DNA of 64,000 nucleotides, taken from the NCBI GenBank assembly GCA_951406725.2, contig OX597815.1, positions 4,712,001 through 4,776,000 of the forward strand, written 5' to 3'. Below are positions 1 to 12,900 of the stretch, piece by piece. The position numbers and the translations under genes were made by a program. How positions within the stretch are numbered: position 1 is the first letter of the stretch; the number at the start of each line of letters is the position of its first letter. The notes below the pieces were generated by a model. It ran no database searches and had not been told where the DNA came from. It was given only the letters and a program-made list of their open reading frames with translations. This DNA is from Octopus vulgaris. Its lineage: Eukaryota.

Positions 1-2306
1 GCTTAAGACTCCCTTGCTTCAATCATATTCTTGTGAAGTCTCTAGGACTTAGGGTATGACTAGAGGCAGGTTTGGTATCTTTTTCTAGCAGGTTGAATCA
101 ATGTTCCAAGGGTTTCCTCAGTGTTGTTCTTAGACTGTTAATCAGTCATTCATTGCTTGCAGACATGGCTGTGTGGTTATGTTTGCTTCCTAACCACATG
201 GTCTCAAGTTCAATCCCACTGCCTAGTATCAGGCCAGGGTCAACCAAAGTCTTGGGTGGATTTCGTGCCGTGGATGGAAACTGAAAGAAGCCCATTGTGT
301 CTGTGTGTACACACACACACATACACTGGGCTGTTGCAGTCATGATCATGAAATTGAGGTTTCAATTCCTGTACTGGGTGGTGCATTGTGTTCTGTTGCT
401 CTGTGATCACTTCGATGCCTGACATGTGGAATACCGTGCTCCTGTATAAGTGATGTCCGTTTGATGGAAGCCCAAAACATTTCATCACTTGAGACAAATA
501 CATTGTGCAGGTGGTTCATCAATGAATTGCAGGACCATTGCTCTTGAACTATAAGATGCTACTATTAGCATGAGAAATAGAATGAACTAAACAGAACAAG
601 GGGAGATACATGGGATGGAGAGCTGCTGAAGAGGTCACAGGAGGTGTGATGAAAGATTTCCAGACAAAGGACATAGAATAGGAATCGTAATAAATCTGAA
701 GTGAAGAACGAATATGTTATGTGTGTGTGTTAATTTGACAAGAAAAAAAAAAAGGAATGACCAACCTGAAGTATAACATATTTAAACATCCTGTCATCGT
801 CATCCAGTGTTTTAAATCCAGGTTTGGTCTCTGTTAACAGGGGTGGCTGGTTCTACCTCAATACCATAGCAACCAAGGTAGGCAGGTGCAGCCCACCCCA
901 ACCTTTTGGCTAGCTGGTGCCCATTCTCCTTTGCTATCATGAGGCCTTTTTGGAGCTGGATTTTCTCTGGAGAGCATGCCCTTACTTACCCCTATCCTCA
1001 GTTTTTAGACATGAGTGGTCCTGAGACCATGATTTTTAAGAAATGTGGAAAATTTGCTCAGGAAGGCAAGGATGCTACTCCCTGAGACCCCTTTCAGAGA
1101 ACCCCTACCCTGTACACTGTGTAAAGTGGTTGGTGTTAGGAATGGCATCCAGCTCTAGATACTATGCCAAAGCAGCCTGGAGCTTGGTGTGGTCCCCCTG
1201 GCTTACCAGCTCCTGTCAAACCATCCAACCCATGCCAGCATGAAAGACAGACGTTCAATGATGATGATGGTATATACGTTTTTTGGGGGGTGGGGGTTGT
1301 TTTTAATCGTTGGTCGACAGTATTGCAGAAACAGTAACTGAACCACCTCTGCTGTACCAAGGCTGTTTCCAAATGCAAGTGCCAAATCTCAAGTACACTC
1401 ACAGCCTCTCCACCCATGGCTGCATCACAAACGAAAGACAAACCAATAAGTTTGCAGCATCGAAAGAGCTGCAAGAGATGCCAAATATTGGTTTTTAAGT
1501 ATAACTGTTCTTGTCTGTCTGAGACACCCTCATTCTGGACTTTTTTGTAGGGGTTTAATCTCCAAGCCCTTTTTTAAACACTCAACTTTCCCCACAGACC
1601 AGCAGGGGTTTATTATTTTAATGGGTTTGGTTTGTGCTGAGCCAATCCTGGTCTCTTGTCCTTCAAACAAGTCTTGACTATATATGGTTGTAAGTTGATT
1701 CATTTCTCGTCATTTGTAAAAACAAGTCTGGCCATGGGGTAAAACTGTTTACCTTACTTGGAAACAGGTGAGGGTTGGTGACAGGAAGGGCATCCAGCTG
1801 TAGAAAAATCTGTCTGTCCCATGCAAGCAAGGAAAAGTGGACATTAAAGCAATGATGATGATAATACCTGCTTGTCTGTTTTAATCAGTCCAATGCCAGC
1901 GCCGCCTCGACTGGCTTCCGTGCTGGTGGCACATAAAAAGCACCATCTGAATCGTGGCCGATGCCAGTGCCGCCTCGACTGGCTTCTGTGCCGGTGGCAC
2001 GTAAAATGCACCAATCCAACCGTGGCCGTTGCCAGCCTTGCCTGGCACCTGTGCAGGTGGCACGTAAAAAGCACCCACTGCACTCATGGAGTGGTTGGCG
2101 TTAGGAAGGGCATCCAGCTGTAGAAACACTGCCAGATCTGACTGGGCCTGGTGCAGCCTTCTGGCTTCCCAGATCCCCGGTCGAACCGTCCAACCCATGC
2201 TAGCATGGAGAACAGACGTTAAATGATGATGATGATGATTCCTCATTGTCATTCAGTTTCTCCCCTACAAAATACTTCACACATCTTGCCTGTAAAATTC
2301 CCCTTA

Positions 2307-2341
<35 letters not shown>

Positions 2342-3927
2342 TTCTGCTTCTGTAAAAGATAACTTTTGTTGTTAACTGAATGTTTAAAATATTATAAAAC
2401 CCTAAAGCTCTCCATTCTGAACAAATAAAAGTAAATCTGAAAACTATTCTTGCAAATCTCACAACGAGAGATATTCAGCAACAGTACTTTGGAGTAAAGA
2501 TTCTTTGCCAACATAACATGGCAGTCCAAGTTTAGGACAAGTGTTGCTGTAATTTAGCCCCAGGAGACATCATCTCCAGTTGGCTATACGACATGATCTC
2601 TGTCCTTGTATTTTCAAACAAGGCCATCTAGCACCTCCACTCAGCTCAAGACGATATCTGTGTATCACGATTTACGGGTTATTTCCCTTCATCTGCACAG
2701 AATAATTGTTCTCGTTTGAAATATATAGTTTTCAAAATGACAACTAGTCACTGATCTATAACTTAGAAAATTACTTTTTTAAGTCTCACAACGAGAGATA
2801 TTCAGCGACAGTACTTTGGAGTAAAGATTGTTTGCCAACATAACCTGGTAGTCTCAGTTTAGGACGAATGTTGCTGTAATTCAGCCCCAGGAGAAATTGT
2901 CTCCAGCTGGCTATCCGATACGGATCTTTGTTTGAAAATATAAGGACACAGACGTCTTAAACTGGGGCTGCTTTGTTATGTTGGCAAACAATCTTTATTA
3001 CAAAAGTAAATCTATTCACATCACCAGCTTTCCTGAGAAAATATGAAGGTCAAATGAAAATAATCAATACTTCTGTTTATACAAGCAATTAAAAAGCAAA
3101 AACAAAAAAAAACATTCTTTTTTTTATTTTTTCATTGGTTTCTTTCTTCAGCCTGTCAGTTGCTGTCATCGTCTGGCTTATCTATGACAGTAATTGATTA
3201 GGGTGTATACAGTACAGTACAATGAGTTTATACACATCACACCAGCTGTCCCACTTTCCCCGTCTCCTTAAGCTGGCTGTTTGTCACCCCCTGTACTGGT
3301 CTCTGCTAAATCGGTGAGTTTGTCTCTGGTTTTATTTTTAGTTTTTTTTTTCATCCTGATCAAATATGAAATATGCTGACTTGGTTTCTCCTCTCTCTCT
3401 CTCTGCTATCAGACATAGGTATATAATGACCTATATACATTGTTTATTCATTGTATATAAACTTCATGAAAGGAAATCTCTTTTTCTACTTACAATATAA
3501 ACCATTACATTTTTCCTAATTCTCTTCTTTCTCTCCCATCTAACAACACATAAGGTAGTGTTTCTTTTTAAGTTCTGGTGACCCCCCTCCTGGACAATAT
3601 GTAATCTGTTGGTTATGAGCAGTTCCACTTGATCTGATCAACAGAACAGCCTGTTCATGGACTTAATGTGCAAGTGGCTGAGCGCTCCACAGACAATCTT
3701 TTTCTTTTTCCTTCTACTTGTTTCAGTCATTTGACTGCGGCCATGCTGGAGCACCACCTTTAGTCGAACAAATCAACCCCAGGACTTATTCTTTGTGAGC
3801 TTTGTACTTATCCTATCGTTTTCTTTTTTTGCCAAACTGCTAAGTTATGGGGATGTAAACACACCAAGTAATGTTGGGGGAGGGGCCAAACACAGACACA
3901 CACACACACAAACACACATATCATCAT

Positions 3928-3962
<35 letters not shown>

Positions 3963-4552
3963 CATGCATACATATACAATGGGCTTCTTCCAGTTTCCGT
4001 CTACCAAATCCACTCACAAGGCTTTGATCGGCCCGAGGCTATAATAGGAGACACTTGCCCAAGGTGCCACGCAGTGGGACTGAACCTGGAACCATGTGGT
4101 TGGTAAGCAAGCTTATTACCACACAGCCACTCCTGTGCCTACATGTATACTTTTAATGTAGCTCTCAGGGAGATTCAATATGACATGACTGGCCCTTTGA
4201 AATACAGGTAGAACTTATTTTTGTGAGGGCATAACACGCTGCTGGAAAATGACCTTATGATTGTTTGTTGAATACTCTTACCACTAAGCCACACAATTTT
4301 GCTTTATTATTATTATTATTATTATTGAGTGAGAGAGTAGCGCATGCCATCAAAGTGACTCTGGGTAAAATATGGTGACCCTCTTCAGTCAGACACTGAC
4401 CATGGGTTTGCACCTAGACAGTTACCCTCTGAGGCGCAAGTCTGGGCAAGGTTGTTTTATGGAAGACCAGCAGTCGCCCATGCATACCGGCCTCCCCTCT
4501 CCACGTCACCGATGTTGTCCAAGGGAAAGGCAAGGGCCGATACAGCTTGGCA

Positions 4553-4708
4553 CCTGTGACGTCGCAACTCATTTCTACAGCTGAGTGAACCGGAGCAACG
4601 TGAGATAAAGTGTCTTGCTCAAGAACACAACACGCAGCCCGGTCCGGGATTCGAGCTCACATCCTCACGATCGTAAGCTCGACGCTCTAACCACTGAGCC
4701 ACGCGCCT
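4553..4708 (-). mobile_element. tRNA-derived SINE head with a CORE/V-like domain
   Basis: Reverse complement GGCGCGTGGCTCAGTGGTTAGAGCG...GAGCTCGAATCCCGG...GTGTTCTTGAGCAAGACACTTTA. A related fragment lies at about 38660-38935(-). Confidence 0.65.
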
Positions 4709-6560
4709 TCATATATATATATATATGGGTAAAATATACAAAGCCCAGTATACCCATCATGACTACTCGTCTGATAAGGGTACACCAAGCACATGCATCA
4801 CAACCATATGTGCGAGACCTGGTGATCTCGTATCAAGATAAACAGTGCATGACCTTGCAGGGGGGGGAGACAGTTGGAATTTTCTTCTGGTCGAGTAACC
4901 CATCTTACTCCAAAGGTTCCTGAATAAGGGTTGTTTAAGGATGTTGAACGAAACACCCATGTTTCCAGAGGTGAATTATTCAAACCCCAAAGGATCCCTC
5001 TCAACACATGGCTATGATGCTCCCCCACTACTTCTGCTCGTGATCAGAGATGCACATATCATCAGCCATTAAGGGACATAGGCCTTGTGCCTATAGTAGA
5101 AAGAGTTATTGTTATGGTGTTTAAGTCTTGATCTCCTTTCTACTCTCTACTACTTGCCTGATTTATTTACCATTGAAACTGTCATGAATTCTGTGGAACA
5201 ACTTCCAACATCGTCATCATCATGTGTCCATTGTCCATGCTAGCATGGGTTGGATGGTTTGACTGGGCTGGTACTCTAGAAGGCTGCGCCAGGCTCCAGT
5301 CTGATTTGGTATGGTTTTCTATGGCTGGATGCCTTTCCTAATGCCACCCACTCCGAGAGTGTAGTGGGTGCTTTTATGTGCCATTTGTGTGCCACCGGTA
5401 TCTACCACAACTGCGATTTTGCTCGGCTTGATGGGTCTTCTTTTTCAAGCACGACGTAATGCCAAAAGTTTTGGTCTTTGCCTCTGTGAGGCCCAGCACT
5501 TGAAAGGAACTCGGCCACATTGCCTTTGTGAGGCCCAATGCTCAAAAGGAATTCGGCCACTTTGCCTCTGTGAGGCCTAGCGCTTGAAAGGAACTCAGCC
5601 ACTTTGCCTCGCACCTTTATATTTGTAGAAACGTAAGCTAGAAAATTAACTTCCTTTTAATGATTCTGTTCTGTTAATTGACATGCTTTAGTTTACATAA
5701 CTATATGTGACATAGACAGTCTCCATAACAACACACACACCCACATTCATCATGTTATGTCTGCTTTCCCATGCTGGCATGGGTTGGATGAAGGTGTCTT
5801 GTCAACATTTTGCAGGTCTTACATCATCTCCGTGGAGTCTGCCTCTTTGTTGGTGTCTTATCTTTTCCTCTTTCTTCTTTTATTTGTTTCAGTCAGTAGA
5901 CTGCGACCATGCTGGGGCACTGCCTTGAAGAATTTTAGTCAAACGAATCGACTCTGGTTCCTAATTTTTTCAGCCTGGTGCTTATTCTGATGCTGAAGTA
6001 CTAAGTTAGGGGGATATAAACACACCAACACTGGTTGTCAAGCGGTGGTGGGGAACACACACACACACACACACACACATGACTAGCTTCTTCCAGTTTT
6101 TGGTTGACCTGAGGCTATAATAATAGAAGACAGTTGCCCAAGGAGGGGGTGCCCCACAGTGGGACAAGTTGGGTTTTGCAGCTGAATTGCCCTTTCTTTT
6201 GCCAACCAACTTTACTGCACGGATTGTTTGCCCTTTATTGTGTCCCCCTAAACTGGGCATTTGCCTGCTTTAGTTTGTTATTTATAGAGCACGAAAATAA
6301 AATTATTTATTGTAATAACTGTTGTGTGTATATTATATCTTTTTACTTGTTTTAAGCATTAGACATGCGGCCATGCTGGGGCACCACCTTTAAGAATTCT
6401 TGTCGTCAAATGAAATCAACCTCAGTACCCACTTTTCTGAAAAAATCCGGGTACTTATTCTATCAGTCCCTTTTGCCAAATTCTCTCTCTCTCTCTTTTA
6501 CTTGTTTCACTCATTTGACTGTGGCCATGCTGGGGCACCACCTTTAAAACAATGTGTGAC

Positions 6561-6678
6561 ACTTACTGCACCTAGGTTTCCCAAGCGGTCACCCATCTAA
6601 GTACTAATTAGGCTCAACATTGCTTAACTTTGGTGATCGGAGGAGAACCGGTGCTTTCAACGTGATATGGCCGTTAAA
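6561..6678 (-). rRNA. 5S rRNA copy, probably a pseudogene
   Basis: Reverse complement reads ACGGCCATATCACGTTGAAAGCACCGGTTCTCCTCCGATCACCAAAGTTAAGCAATGTTGAGCCTAATTAGTACTTAGATGGGTGACCGCTTGGGAAACCTAGGTGCAGTAAG, a full-length metazoan 5S layout. It carries several substitutions, has a broken terminal helix, and is a single intronic copy. Confidence 0.88.
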
Positions 6679-6733
6679 AACTGCTCAGTTATTGTTTTTC
6701 TTTTAATTAAAAAAATTTTTATTTTTATTTCAG

Positions 6734-6848
6734 CCGGAAGGTTTATTTGTAGAATGGAAAGCTGAAGAAGTGCCTTCTTCTGACGAACACGATTGGGCTG
6801 TGGTTGGTAATGCTGTTGGTTACAAATTAGACAGGCAGTCTGAATCAG
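6734..6848 (+). CDS. TBC1D15: TBC1D15/17 exon (PEGLFVEWKAEE...DWAVV...QSES)
   Basis: tttcag acceptor and CAG|gtaaag donor; ends in phase 1, matching the next exon. Confidence 0.85.
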
Positions 6849-8641
6849 GTAAAGACGATGGCTTTCATCTTTTTATTCTCATAGGACGGCAGTTCGTTAT
6901 GAATTAGCACCAGATTAATAATGATGAAAGTTATTTTACTAAATCCTTCATTAGTTTATAAATTAACTAGCAGTATCGCCTGGCGTTGCTCGGGTTTGTA
7001 AGGGAAATAACTATATAAGCATTTTTAGAGAGTTATAGCCAAAAAATAACAAAAAATGCATTAAAAATGGGGAAAAAATTATGGTAAATTTTTTTTTAAA
7101 TCGTTGACTCATTGTAGACATTTTTAGAGAGTTACTTCCCTTATATAATAGCGAAAAATGCATTAAAATGGAAAAAAATGATGGTAAATTTTTTTTTTTA
7201 AATCGTAGACTCATTGTAGACGCGCGCTAATACCCAGAAGGGCTCGATATGAATCACGACTATAAGATACCCGGTTTTGGTTAAACTGCACCGCAAAATG
7301 TGGGAGTAGTTAGGAATCTAAATCGTAGGAGACAGACAGCACACAACCTCACTTTTATATATAAATATTGAAACACAGGCAATGCATTTCAACAGAAATA
7401 TGATAACAGATGGGTTCAAGTGATCTCAATCAAAACCGTCCATCAAAACTTCATACTTCCAAACACCAGCTTAATAACGAAAGTGTTGTTTCACTTAATA
7501 CTTCATTAGTTTCCAAATTAATTACAAAAAGACAGTATTAACATATTTCAATATGGTTTCTGTTTTAATATGGTAACGAAACGTTTTGAGCTGAACAACA
7601 TCTGGCAATGCTCAGCACTCTCGGCCAAGGCTCAGCACTCTTGGCAATGCTCAGCACTCGAACCACCGACTCAATGGCTAGAGTTACGTCATCAAGCAAG
7701 GCCCTTAACTGCTTCAGTTGCAATTACTATTTTGCGTTCGATTCAGTTTGCTGGATTCTCTCCCCTTACAAAATCTTTTTCTTTCTCTTTTTTTCTTTCT
7801 TCGCTACTAATTGAAAAAACATTACACGTTGATCAGATAATATACAATTTTATTAATTTTGTTATCATTATGAAGGCGGCAAGCTGGCAGAATCGTTAGC
7901 ACACCAGGCCAAGTGCTTAGTGGCATTTCATCTGTCTTTATGCTCTGAGTTCAAATTCCACCAAAGTCGACTGTCTTTCATTCTTTCGGGGTCAATAGAA
8001 TGACAGTTCAACACTCGGTTGGATGTAATCAATTAACCCCATCCGCCAAACTTCCTGACCTTGTGCCAAAATTTGAAATTATTATTATTATTATTAAGGC
8101 GGTGTGCTGGCAGAATCGTTAGCATGCCGGGCGAAATGATTAGCAGTATTTTGTCTGCTGCTATGTCCTGAGTTCAAATTCCACAAAGGTCGACTTTGCT
8201 TTTCATCCTTTCGGGGTCGATTGAATAAGTACCAGTTGCATACTGGGGTCGATCTAATCGACTCATCCCCTCCCCCAAAATTGCTGCCCCTGTGGCAACT
8301 TTGAAACTATTAAAGCTGGTGTGCTGGCAGAATCGTTAGCATGCCAGGCGAAATGCTTAGCAGTATTTTGTCTGCTGCTACGTTCTGAGTTCAAATTCCA
8401 CCAAGGTCGACTTTGCCTTTCATCCTTTCGGGGTCAATTAAATAAGTACCAGTTGAGCACTGGGGTCGATATAATCGACTTAATCCGTTTGTCTGTCTTT
8501 GTTTGTCCTCTCTGTGTTTAGCCCCTTGTGGGTAGTAAAGAAATAGGTACATATATTAGTACCAGTTACACATTGGGGGCAATGCAATTGACTTAATCCT
8601 GTCTCCTAAGCCGCCCTTGTTGCAAAAATTTGAAATTGTTG

Positions 8642-8691
<50 letters not shown>

Positions 8692-9933
8692 GTTATTAGT
8701 GACTATAAATTCCAAAACTGAGACGCGGAAGAAGTACAATATAAGTTTTGATATCCTCGATTTGAAAAGTCTCAAAACGAATTCAGTTCATCACGGCTGG
8801 AAATACTTCATCTTCATCCTCAAAGACGGTACCACATATCCAGCACTGCACTTTCATTCTGGTGGATCAGCGGAATTCTTCTCCCTCCTCAGCCAACATG
8901 TCTGCATTCAGATGTAAGTGTTCCAGTTTTACATTATTCATCATTTACAAAAGAGAAAAAAAAAAACTGCATCCATGGCCGACTGGTTATGATGTCCACT
9001 TTGCAATCACATAATTTCTAACGCCAACCACTCCGTGAGTGTAGTGGGTGTTTTTTACGTGCCAGGCGAGGCTGGTAACGGCCACATTCCGATGGTTCTT
9101 TTTACGTGCCACCAGCACTAGTATCACAACTACAATTTCCATTGATTTTTTTTTTGATCGGTGATTCAATCTTCTAGACCTTTCTCCTTGTACCCTATAA
9201 AAAGGCCCACTTTTGATGGTAACTGCAGGATGTTGAGGCAGCTGCACATTGCATCTCCTGATGGTTGAGACACATGGTAGATAGTAGACATTATGAAGGC
9301 GGCGAGCTGGCAGAAACGTTAGCGCACTGGGCGAAATGCTCAGCGGTATTTCGTCTGTCGATACGTTCTGAGTTCAAATTCCGTCGAGGTCGACTTTGCC
9401 TTTCATCCTTTCGGGGTTGATTAAATAAGTACCAGTTACGCACTGGGATCGATTTAATCTGTTTGTCTGTCCTTGTTTGTCCCCTCTGTGTGTAGCCCCT
9501 TGTGGGTAGTAAAGAAATAAGATAGTAGATAACTTTCATCTCTTGTGAAAGGTAAGAGAATCCAGTTTGCTGGACATTGTTGTAGAGCTGAAAACGAGGT
9601 AATTTCTACTCTTCTCCTCTGGAAGCCATCTGCTCGTGATACCAGAGGGCGCACACTCTCCTACCCTGATGTAATCTCCAGGGATACAGGCATCCAGCAA
9701 CAGGACCTCTGTAATGCCATGATGGACAGTGAAGTCTGGCGTAGCATGGTAAATTCCATTGTCTCGACCACGGTCGAACAATGATGATGATGATGATGAT
9801 GATTACCTGTTTATCAAGTGAGAGATCTCTTATTTTACACATTTTTGAAGGCATCAAGCAATTGAACTATTTGTTGACAGAAGTAACAACAGTAGCACCA
9901 CTTGTAGCATGCAACAAAACGCAGATGTATGCA

Positions 9934-9976
<43 letters not shown>

Positions 9977-12900
9977 CAAGCTTCCTCCATTTCCCATCTA
10001 CCAAAAATTGGATAAGGCCTAAAACTGACAGACAAGTACTTTGGAATAAAAATCCTCTGGTACTTATTCTACCCGAGTTACATTGAACATCCCTGGTCAC
10101 GCACTCTCATAGAAATAGTGGATTAACGATTCATCATCATCATCATCATCGTTTAACATCCGCTTTCCATGCTGGCATGGGTTGGACGGTTTGACTGAGG
10201 GCTGGTGAACCAGATGGCTGCACCAGGCTCCAATCTTGATCTGGCAGAGTTTCTACAGCTGGATGCCCTTCCTAACGCCAACCACTCCAAGAGTGTAGTG
10301 GGTGCTTTTACGTGCCGCTGGCCTGGGGCCAGTAGGCGGTACTGGCAACGAAAACCTGCTTTTCCATGCTTGCATACCTCAGTTTATTGTGTTTGCTTGT
10401 CTGCTGCAAACCCTGACCTGTTTCTAAGGAAAAGGTTTTATTTCCTCATGGTCAGACCTATTTTTACAGAATTTCATAAACGAATGACACTGTATGACAG
10501 TAACACTCATCACCCACACACACACACACACAAGGCAGGTTTCCTTCAATTTCTGTCCACCAAATACACTCATAAGGCTTTGGACAGCGAGTTCTATATT
10601 CAAAGACGCATACCCAAGGTACTACACAGTATCAACGAACCTAAAGCCATGTCATTGGAAAGCAAACTTTTTACCACACAGCTATGCCTGTTTCTACGTA
10701 TATGATGTGTGTGTAAATGTATATATATGCCGTGCCGGTGGCACGTTAAAAGCACCAACCAATTGTGACCGATGCCAGACTCCCCTGGCACGTAAAAAGC
10801 ACCCACTACACTCGCGGAGTGGTTGGCGTTAGGAAGGGCATCCAGCTGTAGAAACACTGCCAGATCAGACTGGAGCCCGGTGCAGTCCCTGGCTTCCCAG
10901 ACCCCGGTCGAACCGTCCAACCTGTGCTAGTGCGGAAAGCGGATGTTAAATGATGATGATGATGATATATATATATATATATATATAATATACACATTTA
11001 GAGCTTTTATGCAGTTTTCATTTGCCAATTTCCTTTCACAAGGCATTGCTCCCTCAATAAGTATAATAGAATAAACTTGCCCAAGATGCCAAGCAGTGAG
11101 ATTGAACCTTCAACCACGTGATGAATATACTGAGTCTGTTCTGGTGGTTGATTTTTGGAAGGGTGTTTAGTCATAATCACATTCTTCAAGAGTAACTATA
11201 TATTATTGCAAAACCCTGTCATATCTGGCGCAGATATCCTGCCTTATTCTGTGTTCAAACTGGCTAGATTAGGCCTCTCATGCATACCCCACAATGTCAT
11301 TCTGAAAGTAAACAATCATATTGTTGCAATCCTGAAGTCGTGAGAGAATACGATTATCAAAAGAAAGTGGATAGATTACTTTTGACAGAGAAATCTGAAT
11401 GCTTAATGGGTTAAAGAGATGTATTCTGCAGCAGTTGACATCTGGTCTTGTTTCTTTGTGAGAAATTGTCAGCTTCTCTTTATAAGCGAAACCATTGGCC
11501 CTGTTTCCATTCTTAGATGTTCTACTTTCATATGACTAATGTCTTTGGAGAAAATCTGAACATAGGCGCAGGAGTGGCTGTGTGGTAAGTAGCTTGCTAA
11601 TCAACCACATGGTTCTGGGTTCAGTCCCACTGCGTGGCATCTTGGGCAAGTGTCTTCTGCTATAGCCCCGGGCCGACCAATGCCCTTGTGAGTGGATTTG
11701 GTAGACGGAAACTGAAAGAAGCCTGTTGTATATATGTGTGTATATATATATATAAGTGTGTGTGTATATATGTTTGTGTGTCTGTGTTTGTCCCCCCAGC
11801 ATTGCTTGACAACCGATGCTGGTGTGTTTACGTCCCCGTTACTTAGCGGTTCGGCAAAAGAGACCGATAGAATAAGTACTGGGCTTACAAAGAATAAGTC
11901 CCGGGGTCGATTTGCTCGACTAAAGGCGGTGCTCCAGCATGGCCGCAGTCAAATGACTGAAACAAGTAAAAGAGTAAAAGAGAGTATTATAAACATCTTG
12001 TTACTGTGAAAAATTAATTTATTGTCAGTTTCTGTAAATTGTAGGTCACCAAATGACAACCGCCTGTGGATAGTGGAAGATCATGATCCTGGTATGCTTT
12101 CTGAATCATTTGATAAACTGAACTTGTTTACCGATTCTTCAGAACATTTAGTATCGGTAAGTTCAATTTTTTTCTTTTTTATATTTTGTATTTTCTGTCT
12201 AGCTTGGAGAACAAGATTTGTGCTGTGGTAGCTTTGGACCTCTGAATGAGATGGAGCAGCAACGTTTCCCCACCACACTTCTGTCTTTTGACAGATGCTA
12301 GATTTGTTGGTTTGACAGGAGTGAATCTCTCCCCCACTTCTTCTCCCTCTCTCTTGATATGGGAATGGTTTTCTGGTATAGGGAAAAATTTCTGCTTCGT
12401 AACATAGTCTACAGCTGTTTGGGTTTTAAGTATTTTCTGATCTCAAATGGAAACCCAAAATATGATGTCACCTTGCCTAAAGAGATTTTTATATTTTCAG
12501 GTTTATAAAGCTTTCTATGGTCCTTACCCTGTGAAGAAACCTTGTGTGAGTACCTGGGTGCATTGAACAGTTTTACCCTACACTTCTTAGCTCTTGTGTT
12601 TCCGCAAGGCAATAGTTTATGACAAGCACTTTTGCACTTGATATCCTTAATTTGCTAAAACAGCTCACATCCTGATGAAATGGTACCATTGGTTCTCTGA
12701 GGGAAACAATGGGGAGAAAAACTGTTGAAATTTGAAACCCTCTTTTTCTTCCATTCAGCTTCAAAGTGGTTTATTTATTTTCTTCTGTTGCTCCATCAAT
12801 TTGGAAGTTTTACACCTTCCTCTGCTTAATTGCTGCTGTCTGCATCTACCTGCATTTTAACGTGCCAACGAGGGAGTGTTTATGTGGTCATTCAGATTGG

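Noticed and set aside
1844-2252. Recurrent ORFs containing FLQLDALPNANH
   Set aside because: Antisense translations of the RTE 3' UTR repeat, recurring in many copies.
1-6733. Start codon and first coding exons of TBC1D15/17
   Set aside because: No segment with the expected N-terminal motif or a compatible phase was found; presumably upstream of the window.
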